In this document: positions 19,339 to 28,088 of the stretch, in pieces | Layout of the letters: every line of letters starts with the position of its first letter | Position numbering within the stretch: the stretch's first letter is position 1 | NCBI GenBank assembly: GCA_021463485.1 | Contig: JAJTYJ010000001.1 | Coordinates: forward strand, 65,378 to 129,377 | DNA: 64,000 nucleotides | From: a bacterium | GTDB lineage: Bacteria > Patescibacteriota > UBA1384 > 2-12-FULL-50-11 | Direction of reading: 5' to 3' | Program-made: the position numbers and the translations under genes | The notes under the pieces: model-generated | What the model was told of the DNA's origin: nothing | The model's input: the letters and a program-made list of their open reading frames with translations, nothing else | Database searches by the model: none

Positions 19339-20478
19339 TTAAACTTTTGCCGGAACAGTTAGTGCTTCCAACTGTTTTTGCAGCATTACTTCCTTTGAAA
19401 AGTTGCTAGTTACGTAGTCTTTGGCGCGTTTGGTTAGGTCTTTACGCAACGGTTCGTCGTTTAAGACTTCAACAACCATCGAGGCTAGTTCGTTCGTAGT
19501 ATCTGCAACTCGAGCTACATTTTCCGGATAAACCTCAGCTTGGATCGGCGATCGCAGCGCTACAACTGGGGTATTAGAAATCATAGCCTCACCGATCACC
19601 AAACCCTGTGTCTCCGACTGTGAAGCGAAGACAAACACGTCAGCACCAGCATAGCAGGCTTTCGCGTCTTCGAGTGGCAGTTGCCCTGGGCAGACTACGT
19701 GGCCACCGATTCCCAGACGATCTGATTCTGCAAGTGTCTCTGTAATGTCACCTGGCCCAATTAGGACCAAAACTGCGTCTGACTCTTTTTTAACGACCTT
19801 TTTAGTCATATTAATAAGAGCGCTGATATTCTTCTCTTTTACAACTCGACCGACGTAGAGCATAACCTTGGCGTTGGACGGTAAACGAAATTTCTTCGTT
19901 AACTCGCTGTGCGACAATTTGGTTTTTGGCTCGGTGATTCCTGTCGCTACAACACTAATCGGCGCTTTTACGCCCCAGCCAACGAGCTTCGATCTCATAT
20001 ACTCACTCGGAGTAATCACAGCGTCAACGCTGTTTGCTACTTCTTTCGAGCGTAGTATCATCGCCTGCTCACCGAGTTTACCCAAATACAATCTCCCGTA
20101 CATATCCAACATCGTGTGATACGTTAACACCTTCCGTGATTGGCTCTCGAGCATAATCTTTTCAAAGGCGTTCTGTGCCCAGCTGACGGTGTGCAGCCAA
20201 AAAACGTCTGGCTCAAACTCGTCGACGATCGCTTTAATTTCAGCGGCAGCGCCCAGTCCGAACATTCGTTCTTTTTTGCCGAAAAACCGAACGAGCGCCC
20301 TGCCAAACACCGAAGAGGAAACGGGAAAATGCTCTGGACGCGCCTTACCCTTACCGTAGTCTGGAGCTATAATCCTCACCTGATGACCGGACGCGATTAA
20401 TCCGTCAACACTTTCGTTAATTGAGCTAGTAACTCCGTTTGGGAGCGGGTAGGTTAGTGAGCAAACCACTACTTTCAT
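19339..20478 (-). CDS. Glycosyltransferase family 4
   Basis: 379 aa GT-B fold; C-terminal ExFGxxxxEA-like block (TQGLVIGEAM). Confidence 0.7.
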   Translation of the reverse strand: MKVVVCSLTYPLPNGVTSSINESVDGLIASGHQVRIIAPDYGKGKARPEHFPVSSSVFGRALVRFFGKKERMFGLGAAAEIKAIVDEFEPDVFWLHTVSWAQNAFEKIMLESQSRKVLTYHTMLDMYGRLYLGKLGEQAMILRSKEVANSVDAVITPSEYMRSKLVGWGVKAPISVVATGITEPKTKLSHSELTKKFRLPSNAKVMLYVGRVVKEKNISALINMTKKVVKKESDAVLVLIGPGDITETLAESDRLGIGGHVVCPGQLPLEDAKACYAGADVFVFASQSETQGLVIGEAMISNTPVVALRSPIQAEVYPENVARVADTTNELASMVVEVLNDEPLRKDLTKRAKDYVTSNFSKEVMLQKQLEALTVPAKV

Positions 20479-20483
20479 ACGTG

Positions 20484-21524
20484 TTACGCTCGACGTCTGG
20501 CAGCGTCTGGTAGAAACGTGTCTTTAATTACTTCCCAGTCCTCAGCAATTACGCTAATCGCTGCTGCGAGCGGTACCGAGAGTAGAACACCAAGTAAGCC
20601 GTAGAGTTTACCGCCAATTAAAATCGCGATAATAACGATTACCGGGTTCAAACCAACAGCCTTGGACATGATTTTTGGCACCAAAATATTACCCTCTAGC
20701 TGCTGAATAACTGTGTAAACTAACAACGCCAAGAATCCTTGAAGCGGTGATTCGGCCAGACCGACAGCAACGCCCGGCACGGCTCCAAGCCACGGACCGA
20801 CGATCGGAATTACTTCGGTTAAGCCGGCCCATACACCGAGTGTTAACGCATACGGCGAACCAATAATTAGCAAGCCGACTGTCACTGCAAATCCAATAAT
20901 CGCCATCATATAGAGCTGGCCACGTAGCCATGCACCCAATTTGCCCGCAATTTTTCTAGTGGTCTCAGCCAGTGCCCCGTGCCAGTTGCCCGGTATCATA
21001 CCTCGGTACATCTTTTTGACGCCTTCTTCTTCAATAAGCAGGTAGAAGGTTAGCACTAGTACGGTCACAAAAGCCACTAAACCGTTCACTAGCCCGAGTG
21101 TTCGAGTTAGAAGCGTCCCGCCAAAGTCGCTCAATTGACCTGAAAGACTCTCGATATTTTTAGCGATTAAATTAATAGCGTCGTTAATAAAGCCTGTTTG
21201 CTCGCTATTACTTAGCTGATCGGCGTAGGTCGGTAAATTAGCACTAAATTGTTTAAGCTGCTCAACGAACGGTGGGATTAACAGTAGCGAAATTAAACCC
21301 AATCCCAAGAAAATGAGCACAAACACCGAGATAACCGCGCCGGGTCTGGTGATGACGCGGCTCCAGCGTTCAACGGTTGGCGAGAGCCCAGCAACAATAA
21401 TAATCACGAGAAATAGAAGTACCAGAACGTCGCGAATTAAATAGATAAACCAAATTCCAAGCAGAAGCAGAATAAAACGCAGTAACGTCGAGGTACTAAT
21501 ATCTATCTTCTGAACCATAGACAC
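20484..21524 (-). CDS. AI-2E family transporter (PerM/YhhT-like)
   Basis: 346 aa, 8 TM, characteristic loop FVEQLKQF...GMIPGNW and C-terminal PLAAAISVI block. Confidence 0.75.
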   Translation of the reverse strand: MSMVQKIDISTSTLLRFILLLLGIWFIYLIRDVLVLLFLVIIIVAGLSPTVERWSRVITRPGAVISVFVLIFLGLGLISLLLIPPFVEQLKQFSANLPTYADQLSNSEQTGFINDAINLIAKNIESLSGQLSDFGGTLLTRTLGLVNGLVAFVTVLVLTFYLLIEEEGVKKMYRGMIPGNWHGALAETTRKIAGKLGAWLRGQLYMMAIIGFAVTVGLLIIGSPYALTLGVWAGLTEVIPIVGPWLGAVPGVAVGLAESPLQGFLALLVYTVIQQLEGNILVPKIMSKAVGLNPVIVIIAILIGGKLYGLLGVLLSVPLAAAISVIAEDWEVIKDTFLPDAARRRA

Positions 21525-21560
21525 AGTGTAAAAGATTATACCGTTTCGTCAAACAGTTTG

Positions 21561-21633
21561 TCGGGTTGGGCGGACTTGAACCGCCGGCCTCGTCGTCCCG
21601 AACGACGCGCGCTACCAACTGCGCCACAACCCG
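21561..21633 (-). tRNA. tRNA-Pro (anticodon CGG)
   Basis: Reverse complement CGGGTTGTGGCGCAGTTGGTAGCGC..CGTTCGGGACG..GGTTCAAGTCCGCC..CAACCCGA. Confidence 0.8.
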
Positions 21634-21639
21634 CAACGG

Positions 21640-21712
21640 TCGGAGTGACTGGGCTCGAACCAGCGACCTCATGACCCCCAGCCATGTGCTCTACCAACTG
21701 AGCTACACTCCG
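21640..21712 (-). tRNA. tRNA-Pro (anticodon GGG)
   Basis: Reverse complement CGGAGTGTAGCTCAGTTGGTAGAGC.CATGG-CTGGGGG-TCATG..GCTGGTTCGAGCCCAGT.CACTCCGA. Confidence 0.7.
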
Positions 21713-21787
21713 AAATTAACACTCGGATGCCTTGACGTATTCTAACGGATTCTGTACTCTGTTCCAACGCTCGACCACGAGCGTGCC

Positions 21788-22006
21788 ATGGAGGAAACTT
21801 TGGTTCGTTGTCCGAATTGTATGGAAGAAGAACCCGATCAGTATCAAAAGCTCGATCCCGAGGAAGTTGCCAGAATTCCAGGCGCGTTGACGCTCGGCCA
21901 AGTTGGACCGAACGACACCGTCTTCCGCTGCACGTGCGGCCAAATTCTCGCAATTAACCTTAGAGCGAAAACGTGCTGCCCAGTTGGCAGAGCCGAACTG
22001 GTCTGA
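21788..22006 (+). CDS. Small zinc-ribbon protein (CxxC...CxC / CCP)
   Basis: 72 aa, CPNC...CTCG..CCP; followed immediately by a strong terminator hairpin. Confidence 0.4.
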   Translation: MEETLVRCPNCMEEEPDQYQKLDPEEVARIPGALTLGQVGPNDTVFRCTCGQILAINLRAKTCCPVGRAELV

Positions 22007-22012
22007 TCCGCG

Positions 22013-22038
22013 GCGGGCGTAAGCCCGCCTTTTCTTTT
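22013..22038 (+). terminator. Rho-independent terminator
   Basis: ggcgggc-gtaa-gcccgcc then ttttctttt. Confidence 0.6.
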
Positions 22039-22051
22039 ACAATATGCATAA

Positions 22052-22124
22052 GCCCTCGTAGCTCAGTAGACAGAGCAGTTCCGTCCTAAGGAAATGGTCG
22101 CAGGTGCAACTCCTGCCGAGGGCA
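22052..22124 (+). tRNA. tRNA-Arg (anticodon CCT)
   Basis: GCCCTCGTAGCTCAGTAGACAGAGC..anticodon loop GTCCTAA..GCAGGTGCAACTCCTGC..CGAGGGCA. Confidence 0.7.
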
Positions 22125-22340
22125 CTAGTCAACGAGATCTTTTAGCTTAGCTGATGGGTTGAACTGAACAGTGTTATCGTCGCGGACGTAAAAGCTACCG
22201 AAATCAGCGATCACAACTTTCTCACCTTTCTTAAAGTATTCGGCTAGAACAGTACTAAAGGCGTCGACAAAAGTCGTCGCTTGTTCTGGAGTAAGCTGCG
22301 ACTTCTGAGCTAACTTTTTGGCGAAATCGTCTTTATTCAT
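22125..22340 (-). CDS. HU/IHF-family DNA-binding protein (short form)
   Basis: MNKDDFAKKLAQKSQLTPEQATTFVDAFSTVLAEYFKKGEKVVIADFGSF resembles HU N-terminal helices; only 71 aa. Confidence 0.55.
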   Translation of the reverse strand: MNKDDFAKKLAQKSQLTPEQATTFVDAFSTVLAEYFKKGEKVVIADFGSFYVRDDNTVQFNPSAKLKDLVD

Positions 22341-22367
22341 TACCCCTCCAGCGTCGCACTTCTTTGC

Positions 22368-23855
22368 CTAGCGAGCAACCTCAGCAAAGCGCGTTTCACG
22401 AATTACGTTTACTTTAACCGTTCCTGGATATTGAAGGTCAGCTTCAATTTTATTAGCAACTTCACGTGCAAGTTTCATAGCGGTTAGATCGTCGATCATC
22501 TCTGGCTTAACGAGAACACGGACTTCGCGCCCAGCTTGAATGGCAAACGACTTCTGAACACCAGGGAATGAGTTGGCAACGTTTTCCAGCTCGGTCATCC
22601 GCTTAATGTACTGCTCAGTCGATTCACGACGAGCGCCAGGACGTGCTGCTGAAATCGCATCAGCTGTCCGCGACAGAATTGCTTCGACCGATTTAGCTTC
22701 GGTGTCTTCGTGACTAGCTTCGATACAGTGAACAACGGCTTCGCCAAGACCGTATTTACGAGCGATCTCAACACCGGCATCGACGTGTGAGCCTGGATAC
22801 TCATGGCTAATTGCCTTACCGATATCGTGCAACAGCGCGCCTTTTTTGGTGATATTGATATCAGCGCCGACCTCACGGGCTAACACTGAAGCGATGTGTG
22901 TCACCTCAACTGCGTGCGCGAGTTGGTTCTGGCCGTACGACGTTCGGAATTTCATTGAACCAAGCAGCCGCACTAACTCTGGGTGGAAGCCACCGAGACC
23001 AACCTCTTGCAAGGCTGCTTCTCCCGCTTCTTTAATCTCTTCTTCGATTTGGTCCTGAGCCTTTTTGACCAGCTCTTCAATTTTTGCTGGCTGGATTCGC
23101 CCGTCTTTAATTAACGCTTGAAGAGCCTTGACCGCTACGGCTCGGCGGACTGGATCGAAGCTCGAAACTAGAACTGTCTCTGGAGTTTCGTCAATCACTA
23201 AGTCAACGCCCGTAGCCTTCTCAAAAGCCTGGATATTGCGTCCTTCTTTACCAATAATCTTTCCTTTAATCTCTTCGTTTGGTAGATGCACGGAGTTGAC
23301 GGTCATTTCAGCTGTCATGTCGGTCGCAAGCCGTTCGATCGCAGTCGTGATTAGCTCTTTCGCCTCAGTATCCCAATGCTTCTTCATTGTCTCTTTCATC
23401 GAGCGGATTTTGCGAATCATGTCAGCTGAGTAATCCTTTTCGATCTCAGCTAAGAGCATCTCTTTTGCGTCATCTTTCGACAACTTAGCAACTTTCTCGA
23501 GCTCTTTTTCCTGCTTCTGTCGCAGTGTTTCAATTTCTTTTTTAGTTTCTTCGAGTTCTGCGCTCGCTCGTTCGATCGTCTCACGATCGCCGTCCAGCTT
23601 CTCAGCTCGACGTTCTACGGAAAGCTCGCGCTCGCGAAGCTGTTCTTCAGTTCTCTTAAGCTCTTTAAGGCGCTCCTCTTCCTCTTTCTTTACTTGCTCT
23701 TTTAACTTAAGGGCTTCTTCTTTGGCGTTAAGGAGAAGCTCTTTACCCTTCGCGTCTAAGTCCTCCTGTGTTTTTGAGAGTAAAATGTGACGAACGACGA
23801 ATCCGACGGCTACCCCGCCCAAACCCGCCAGTATCCCAATGGTAATTGGCGTCAT
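22368..23855 (-). CDS. rny: Ribonuclease Y
   Basis: N-terminal TM, long coiled coil, KH domain (GKIIGKEGRNIQ), HD domain (LLHDIGKA). Confidence 0.9.
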   Translation of the reverse strand: MTPITIGILAGLGGVAVGFVVRHILLSKTQEDLDAKGKELLLNAKEEALKLKEQVKKEEEERLKELKRTEEQLRERELSVERRAEKLDGDRETIERASAELEETKKEIETLRQKQEKELEKVAKLSKDDAKEMLLAEIEKDYSADMIRKIRSMKETMKKHWDTEAKELITTAIERLATDMTAEMTVNSVHLPNEEIKGKIIGKEGRNIQAFEKATGVDLVIDETPETVLVSSFDPVRRAVAVKALQALIKDGRIQPAKIEELVKKAQDQIEEEIKEAGEAALQEVGLGGFHPELVRLLGSMKFRTSYGQNQLAHAVEVTHIASVLAREVGADINITKKGALLHDIGKAISHEYPGSHVDAGVEIARKYGLGEAVVHCIEASHEDTEAKSVEAILSRTADAISAARPGARRESTEQYIKRMTELENVANSFPGVQKSFAIQAGREVRVLVKPEMIDDLTAMKLAREVANKIEADLQYPGTVKVNVIRETRFAEVAR

Positions 23856-24006
23856 TAGTTATTCCTTTCTGTAAAATAGTTTGAAAATACATAATTATTG
23901 TCTGGAGCCAGTATACGGCGTCGTCTTACCTCAGTCAATTTACATTTTTACCGGTATTTACCTGGGGTAAAAAGTTGTTAGGATAAATATACATAGAGAG
24001 GGGAAC

Positions 24007-24678
24007 ATGCAACTAAACGAAATACACAATCCGAGCGAACATGCGTCAGTTAGTTTGAAAACGATCCTACTGGTTTTTGCGATCGTATTAATCGGGACAC
24101 TTGGGTATTTAGTCTACCAACAGAATACCGAGATAGATAACACCGAATACAGCGCTAACGTAATCCAAAACTCAGAAAAAACAGCACAGAAAAACACAGC
24201 CGAGACAGCTCCAGCCGACCCCTGCGACTTCTCGACCGTCACTGCCGCTGTAATCCCGGGTAAAACCTTCGATATTTTTGGTGGTGAAAACTTTAGCACG
24301 ATCGTTTGTGGTTATATTCATACCAAAGAACAGAACGTTGGCATGGACGAAGAGATAATAAAAAATGTCGCCTACGTTGCCGTTAAAAAGTTTAAAGACG
24401 ATGCTTTTAAGGCCAAAATTGAAGCCGGCATTACCGGTGAAGGTAACACCGTCAACGCCAAACTTGGCTCTGACTACCTGCTCGGTTGCGGTTGTTTGGA
24501 AGGTGGTAAAATTATTGCCAATCCAGAACCAACTGGCGGATTGATGAGTCTTGCCGATCAGACCAAGTTTATCGCCTCGACGGCCGACAAACCGGTAATA
24601 ATAAAGTTAACGTACGAAGTACACGGTGGCAGCGGCTGCTCCTGCTGCACCCTATTCGAGAAAGCGGAGGTTTTATAA
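24007..24678 (+). CDS. Hypothetical membrane-anchored protein, paralog A (Cys-rich C-terminus)
   Basis: MQLNEIHNPSEHASVSLKTILLVF N-terminus shared with next gene; C-terminal GGSGCSCC motif. Confidence 0.5.
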   Translation: MQLNEIHNPSEHASVSLKTILLVFAIVLIGTLGYLVYQQNTEIDNTEYSANVIQNSEKTAQKNTAETAPADPCDFSTVTAAVIPGKTFDIFGGENFSTIVCGYIHTKEQNVGMDEEIIKNVAYVAVKKFKDDAFKAKIEAGITGEGNTVNAKLGSDYLLGCGCLEGGKIIANPEPTGGLMSLADQTKFIASTADKPVIIKLTYEVHGGSGCSCCTLFEKAEVL

Positions 24679-25281
24679 ATGGAGCTCAACGAAATACATA
24701 ATCCGAGCGAGCACGCGTCAGTAAGTTTAAAGGTAGTACTACTAGTTTTTTCTCTAGTTTTAATCGGCACCCTTGGCTATCTAGTTTGGGACGCCAACAA
24801 TACCCCCTCAGCAAGTAACGCCGATCCGCTTCCTGTAGCCAAGCAAAAGCAGGTGGATACCAGCTCTCCCGCAGCACTTGAGTGTGGTGACACAGCAAAA
24901 TACGGATTTTCGATGACATTCGGCGATAAGTGGAACGATTACAAAGTTAAGCAGGTACTACAAAAAGACATGGACCCACAACCTGGCTATGCACTAGTAA
25001 CTTGCTACTTCCAGATGCCGACTTCATCAACAGAAGAAGTTTGGACGACAACCAGTGTTGATCATGACGCTAAGTACGCTAGTTTGTTTGCCGTTTCTGT
25101 GTATACCCCTGCTCAATGGCTGGCTTCTCAGGATGAGGCGAATAAACCAACCAAGCTTGGCGAGACTACAGACTACGTTTGGGGTTGGAGCCAAGCTCAA
25201 GCGTTGCCTCAAGACCTACAAGATTCAAAAATTTCGGACGACATTAAAAATGTTGTCGCCACTTTTGCGGTCGTAAAATAA
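24679..25281 (+). CDS. Hypothetical membrane-anchored protein, paralog B
   Basis: MELNEIHNPSEHASVSLKVVLLVF N-terminus about 80% nt identical to paralog A over the first ~110 nt, then diverges. Confidence 0.5.
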   Translation: MELNEIHNPSEHASVSLKVVLLVFSLVLIGTLGYLVWDANNTPSASNADPLPVAKQKQVDTSSPAALECGDTAKYGFSMTFGDKWNDYKVKQVLQKDMDPQPGYALVTCYFQMPTSSTEEVWTTTSVDHDAKYASLFAVSVYTPAQWLASQDEANKPTKLGETTDYVWGWSQAQALPQDLQDSKISDDIKNVVATFAVVK

Positions 25282-25328
25282 CACCCGTTAAGCCTGGTTT
25301 TTAACCTTACCTCGTAGTAAAATACTAC

Positions 25329-26933
25329 CTACGGGGTGTAGCTCAGTTGGTAGAGTGCGCGGTTTGGGACCGTGAGGCCGGAGGTTCGAGCCCTCTCACC
25401 CCGACCAAATGTGACAGCTGATTTATCAGCGTCACGCATAACCTGATAAAACTTACTAATTTGGGTGTTCAAATAGCCAGGGTAGCTCCACGTGAGTCCA
25501 GAGGGGAAAATTGAACACAACAGCATTCTCTTCTGTTGGAGGTTGCTTGTCTCGTAAGTTTTGGCCAGGTCTTTGAACTTTTCGCGAATGAAAGTTGTGA
25601 CGTCTTCGATATTGTACTTGGTGATCAAGTCGTCGTTTTTCGTGACCTGAATAACTGTAATTTTCTCTTCCAGCAAGCGATTCTGCTCACGAAAGATATC
25701 GTCCGAGTATATCCCCGCTAAGTTCTTTTCAATGAGACTCTGACGCGTTTCATAGAGTTTGCGCAGCTCTTCATCGGCCTGTTCTCGTCGCTTTTGAAGC
25801 GTCGAAACACGGTGATAATAAGTTTTTCTCAAGAACGTACTGACCAAATCCAGCGCCTTAATAGACAAGCTGACATGTCGCAGCAGTTGTCGGGTTTCCG
25901 CTTCTACGTCCTCGACCGGAACCGATTTAGCCTTACTACACCATTTTTGACATAGGTAGTAAGCGAAGCGTTGTTTCTTGCCTTTCGACCACCCGGCAGT
26001 TAATGAGAAACCACAGCCACAACATTTGACGATCCGTCGCAACGGAAACTCCGGATTGTCCCGATTCTTTTTCGCCAACGGTTTGGCAATATTAACGTTT
26101 CGGCCATCCAGGATCGCTTGAACGCGATAAAATTGCTCTTCCGTCACCATCGGCGAGTGTTGGCCGGGTACTTCCTGGCCGTACTTTTTGGAAACAATCT
26201 TGCCGATATAGAATTTGTTGCGAAACATCCGCTGAATTGTTTGACCTTTGATTTTGAATTGCTTACCGGAGCGATAGCGAACTTTCAGATTTTTCTCGTC
26301 CAGAATCTTAGCCAGTTCGCGTAGTGATTTTGTCCCCGTTGCCATCAGATCCCAGGCATTCTTGAGCTCGTCGAACATAGCCGGATCTTTGACGACATAA
26401 CCGTTTTCATTCAAATAACCGATCGGGGTATAACTCATCGGCAACCCGGAGAGAAAACGTGCTCGCAGACCGTTTCTGGCTCGCTCGCCCCGCACATCAT
26501 TGTCCATTTGAGCAAATCCGGCGAGCATCGTTTCGACAAACTTTTCGGTCGGACTGTTACCGGTCGGCTCACTTGCGGAAATAAGGCCGATATCACACTC
26601 AGCCAATTTCTTCCGAATCACTAAGTAGTCGGCCGTTTGACGCGAAATCCGGTCAAGACGATAGACGATCACCGCATCGATTTCCTTTTTGTGCTTGCGG
26701 CAATACTCCAGCATTTTAATCAGCTCGGGCCGACCCTTGATCGTTTTGGCCGATCTTCCCTCTTCCCGAAATGTCTCGACAACCGTCATTTTTCGACGGG
26801 CCGCTTCTTTGAGGCAAATATCTTCCTGTGTCGCCAGCGAATAGTTTTCAACCTGCTCTTCGCTCGACACCCGAATGTACACAACTGCCCCGCCTGTTTT
26901 CTTTGGCGCTTTATCGAACACGGATTGATCCAT
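25329..26933 (-). CDS. Large serine recombinase (phage-integrase type)
   Basis: N-terminal resolvase catalytic domain (VVYIRVSSEEQ), recombinase domain, Cys-rich zinc ribbon (CCGCGF...YYLC), coiled-coil; the 3' end of the ORF reads antisense through tRNA-Pro. Confidence 0.85.
   Translation of the reverse strand: MDQSVFDKAPKKTGGAVVYIRVSSEEQVENYSLATQEDICLKEAARRKMTVVETFREEGRSAKTIKGRPELIKMLEYCRKHKKEIDAVIVYRLDRISRQTADYLVIRKKLAECDIGLISASEPTGNSPTEKFVETMLAGFAQMDNDVRGERARNGLRARFLSGLPMSYTPIGYLNENGYVVKDPAMFDELKNAWDLMATGTKSLRELAKILDEKNLKVRYRSGKQFKIKGQTIQRMFRNKFYIGKIVSKKYGQEVPGQHSPMVTEEQFYRVQAILDGRNVNIAKPLAKKNRDNPEFPLRRIVKCCGCGFSLTAGWSKGKKQRFAYYLCQKWCSKAKSVPVEDVEAETRQLLRHVSLSIKALDLVSTFLRKTYYHRVSTLQKRREQADEELRKLYETRQSLIEKNLAGIYSDDIFREQNRLLEEKITVIQVTKNDDLITKYNIEDVTTFIREKFKDLAKTYETSNLQQKRMLLCSIFPSGLTWSYPGYLNTQISKFYQVMRDADKSAVTFGRGERARTSGLTVPNRALYQLSYTP
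25332..25407 (+). tRNA. tRNA-Pro (anticodon TGG), CCA encoded
   Basis: CGGGGTGTAGCTCAGTTGGTAGAGT..anticodon loop TTTGGGA..GGTTCGAGCC..CACCCCGACCA. Confidence 0.8.
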
Positions 26934-26940
26934 ACTCCTC

Positions 26941-27270
26941 CTATCTATCCTGCAACAATCGTCGCAGGGTTAAGCCGTTAAATAACTCTTGTTCATACTC
27001 GTCCAACCATTCATCGAGCAGGTACTGAAACTGGGTTAAATAAACTGCCAGCTCATCGTCAGGAATCGTCTGAGCCAATTCTCCCAACATTCCTCTCGCT
27101 TTCTGGAGCTTGTTGTCTTCTTCCGACGTCGGAAACAACGAATTAAGCGACGATTCAAACGCTTTTCGCTGACTGAGAAGCGAATAGTCCAACACTCGTT
27201 CGTCGGCCATTTGTACCTCACCGGCAGTAGCCGTTTCTTGGTTTGTCTGTGCTTGTTCTGATGTGTCCAT
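26941..27270 (-). CDS. Hypothetical small acidic protein upstream of recombinase (possible accessory/directionality factor)
   Basis: 109 aa ORF co-oriented with, and 8 nt upstream of, the recombinase gene. Confidence 0.35.
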   Translation of the reverse strand: MDTSEQAQTNQETATAGEVQMADERVLDYSLLSQRKAFESSLNSLFPTSEEDNKLQKARGMLGELAQTIPDDELAVYLTQFQYLLDEWLDEYEQELFNGLTLRRLLQDR

Positions 27271-27452
27271 TTACCCTCCAAACTAGTACTATATACCTAG
27301 TTATACTAGGCTTATAAGCCTAGTGTCAAGAGGGAGTTCTATAGATATTGAACACTCGATTCCCTGCCAGTTAAGCGACGATTATCTGGGTACAAAAAGA
27401 CCCCGTCCCCACACAATTGCCGCTTAACTGTCGTGCAATCTCGCTTAGTGGA

Positions 27453-28088
27453 TCAGGGGACAGTGGGATCGCCAGTCAGAAAAATCCGAGGGTTAACAGG
27501 CAGCCGAAAGACTCTAATTTCAAAGTGAAGGTGGGGACCGGAAGATTGACCGGTATCGCCCATCATCCCTAAAAACGTGCCCATCTCGACCTCGTCATCA
27601 CGTTCAACGTTGAGAGAGTCCAAGTGCGCATACGTTGAAGAAAGTAGGTTGCCGTGATCAATAATCACGTGCGTTCCGAGTTCGCCGCGCGTATCGGCAT
27701 ACCTCACTTTACCTTTCATAAAGGCGTGAACCGGAGTCACCCCGATCCGTCCCTGCGGGTCAGCGATATCAATTCCGGTGTGAAATAAATAGAATGGCAA
27801 ATTTGGTTCTCCGAATTCCAGTGTGACAACACCATGCGCGGGCCAGATGCGGGGATCTTCAACCGTCTCAATCACGTCACCATTACCCGGGTTATGGATC
27901 TCAACGGCACCGGACTGGGCGTCATTGGTTGCTAAAGCATCGGAAACAACATTAAACCCGGCTTGGGTCAGGATAATAACTATAAATATAGGAATCAAAC
28001 AAATGATCCCGACCGTATAGAATACGAGCTTAACCTCACGTTTCATTGAGAACGCAGCGGCAAGTAGATTCAGGGTGTTGGGGCTCAT
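27453..28088 (-). CDS. M23 family metallopeptidase (T4SS-associated cell-wall hydrolase)
   Basis: N-terminal TM; HTGIDIA (HxxxD) and HLHFE (HxH) M23 motifs; 4-nt overlap with VirB4 gene. Confidence 0.8.
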   Translation of the reverse strand: MSPNTLNLLAAAFSMKREVKLVFYTVGIICLIPIFIVIILTQAGFNVVSDALATNDAQSGAVEIHNPGNGDVIETVEDPRIWPAHGVVTLEFGEPNLPFYLFHTGIDIADPQGRIGVTPVHAFMKGKVRYADTRGELGTHVIIDHGNLLSSTYAHLDSLNVERDDEVEMGTFLGMMGDTGQSSGPHLHFEIRVFRLPVNPRIFLTGDPTVP

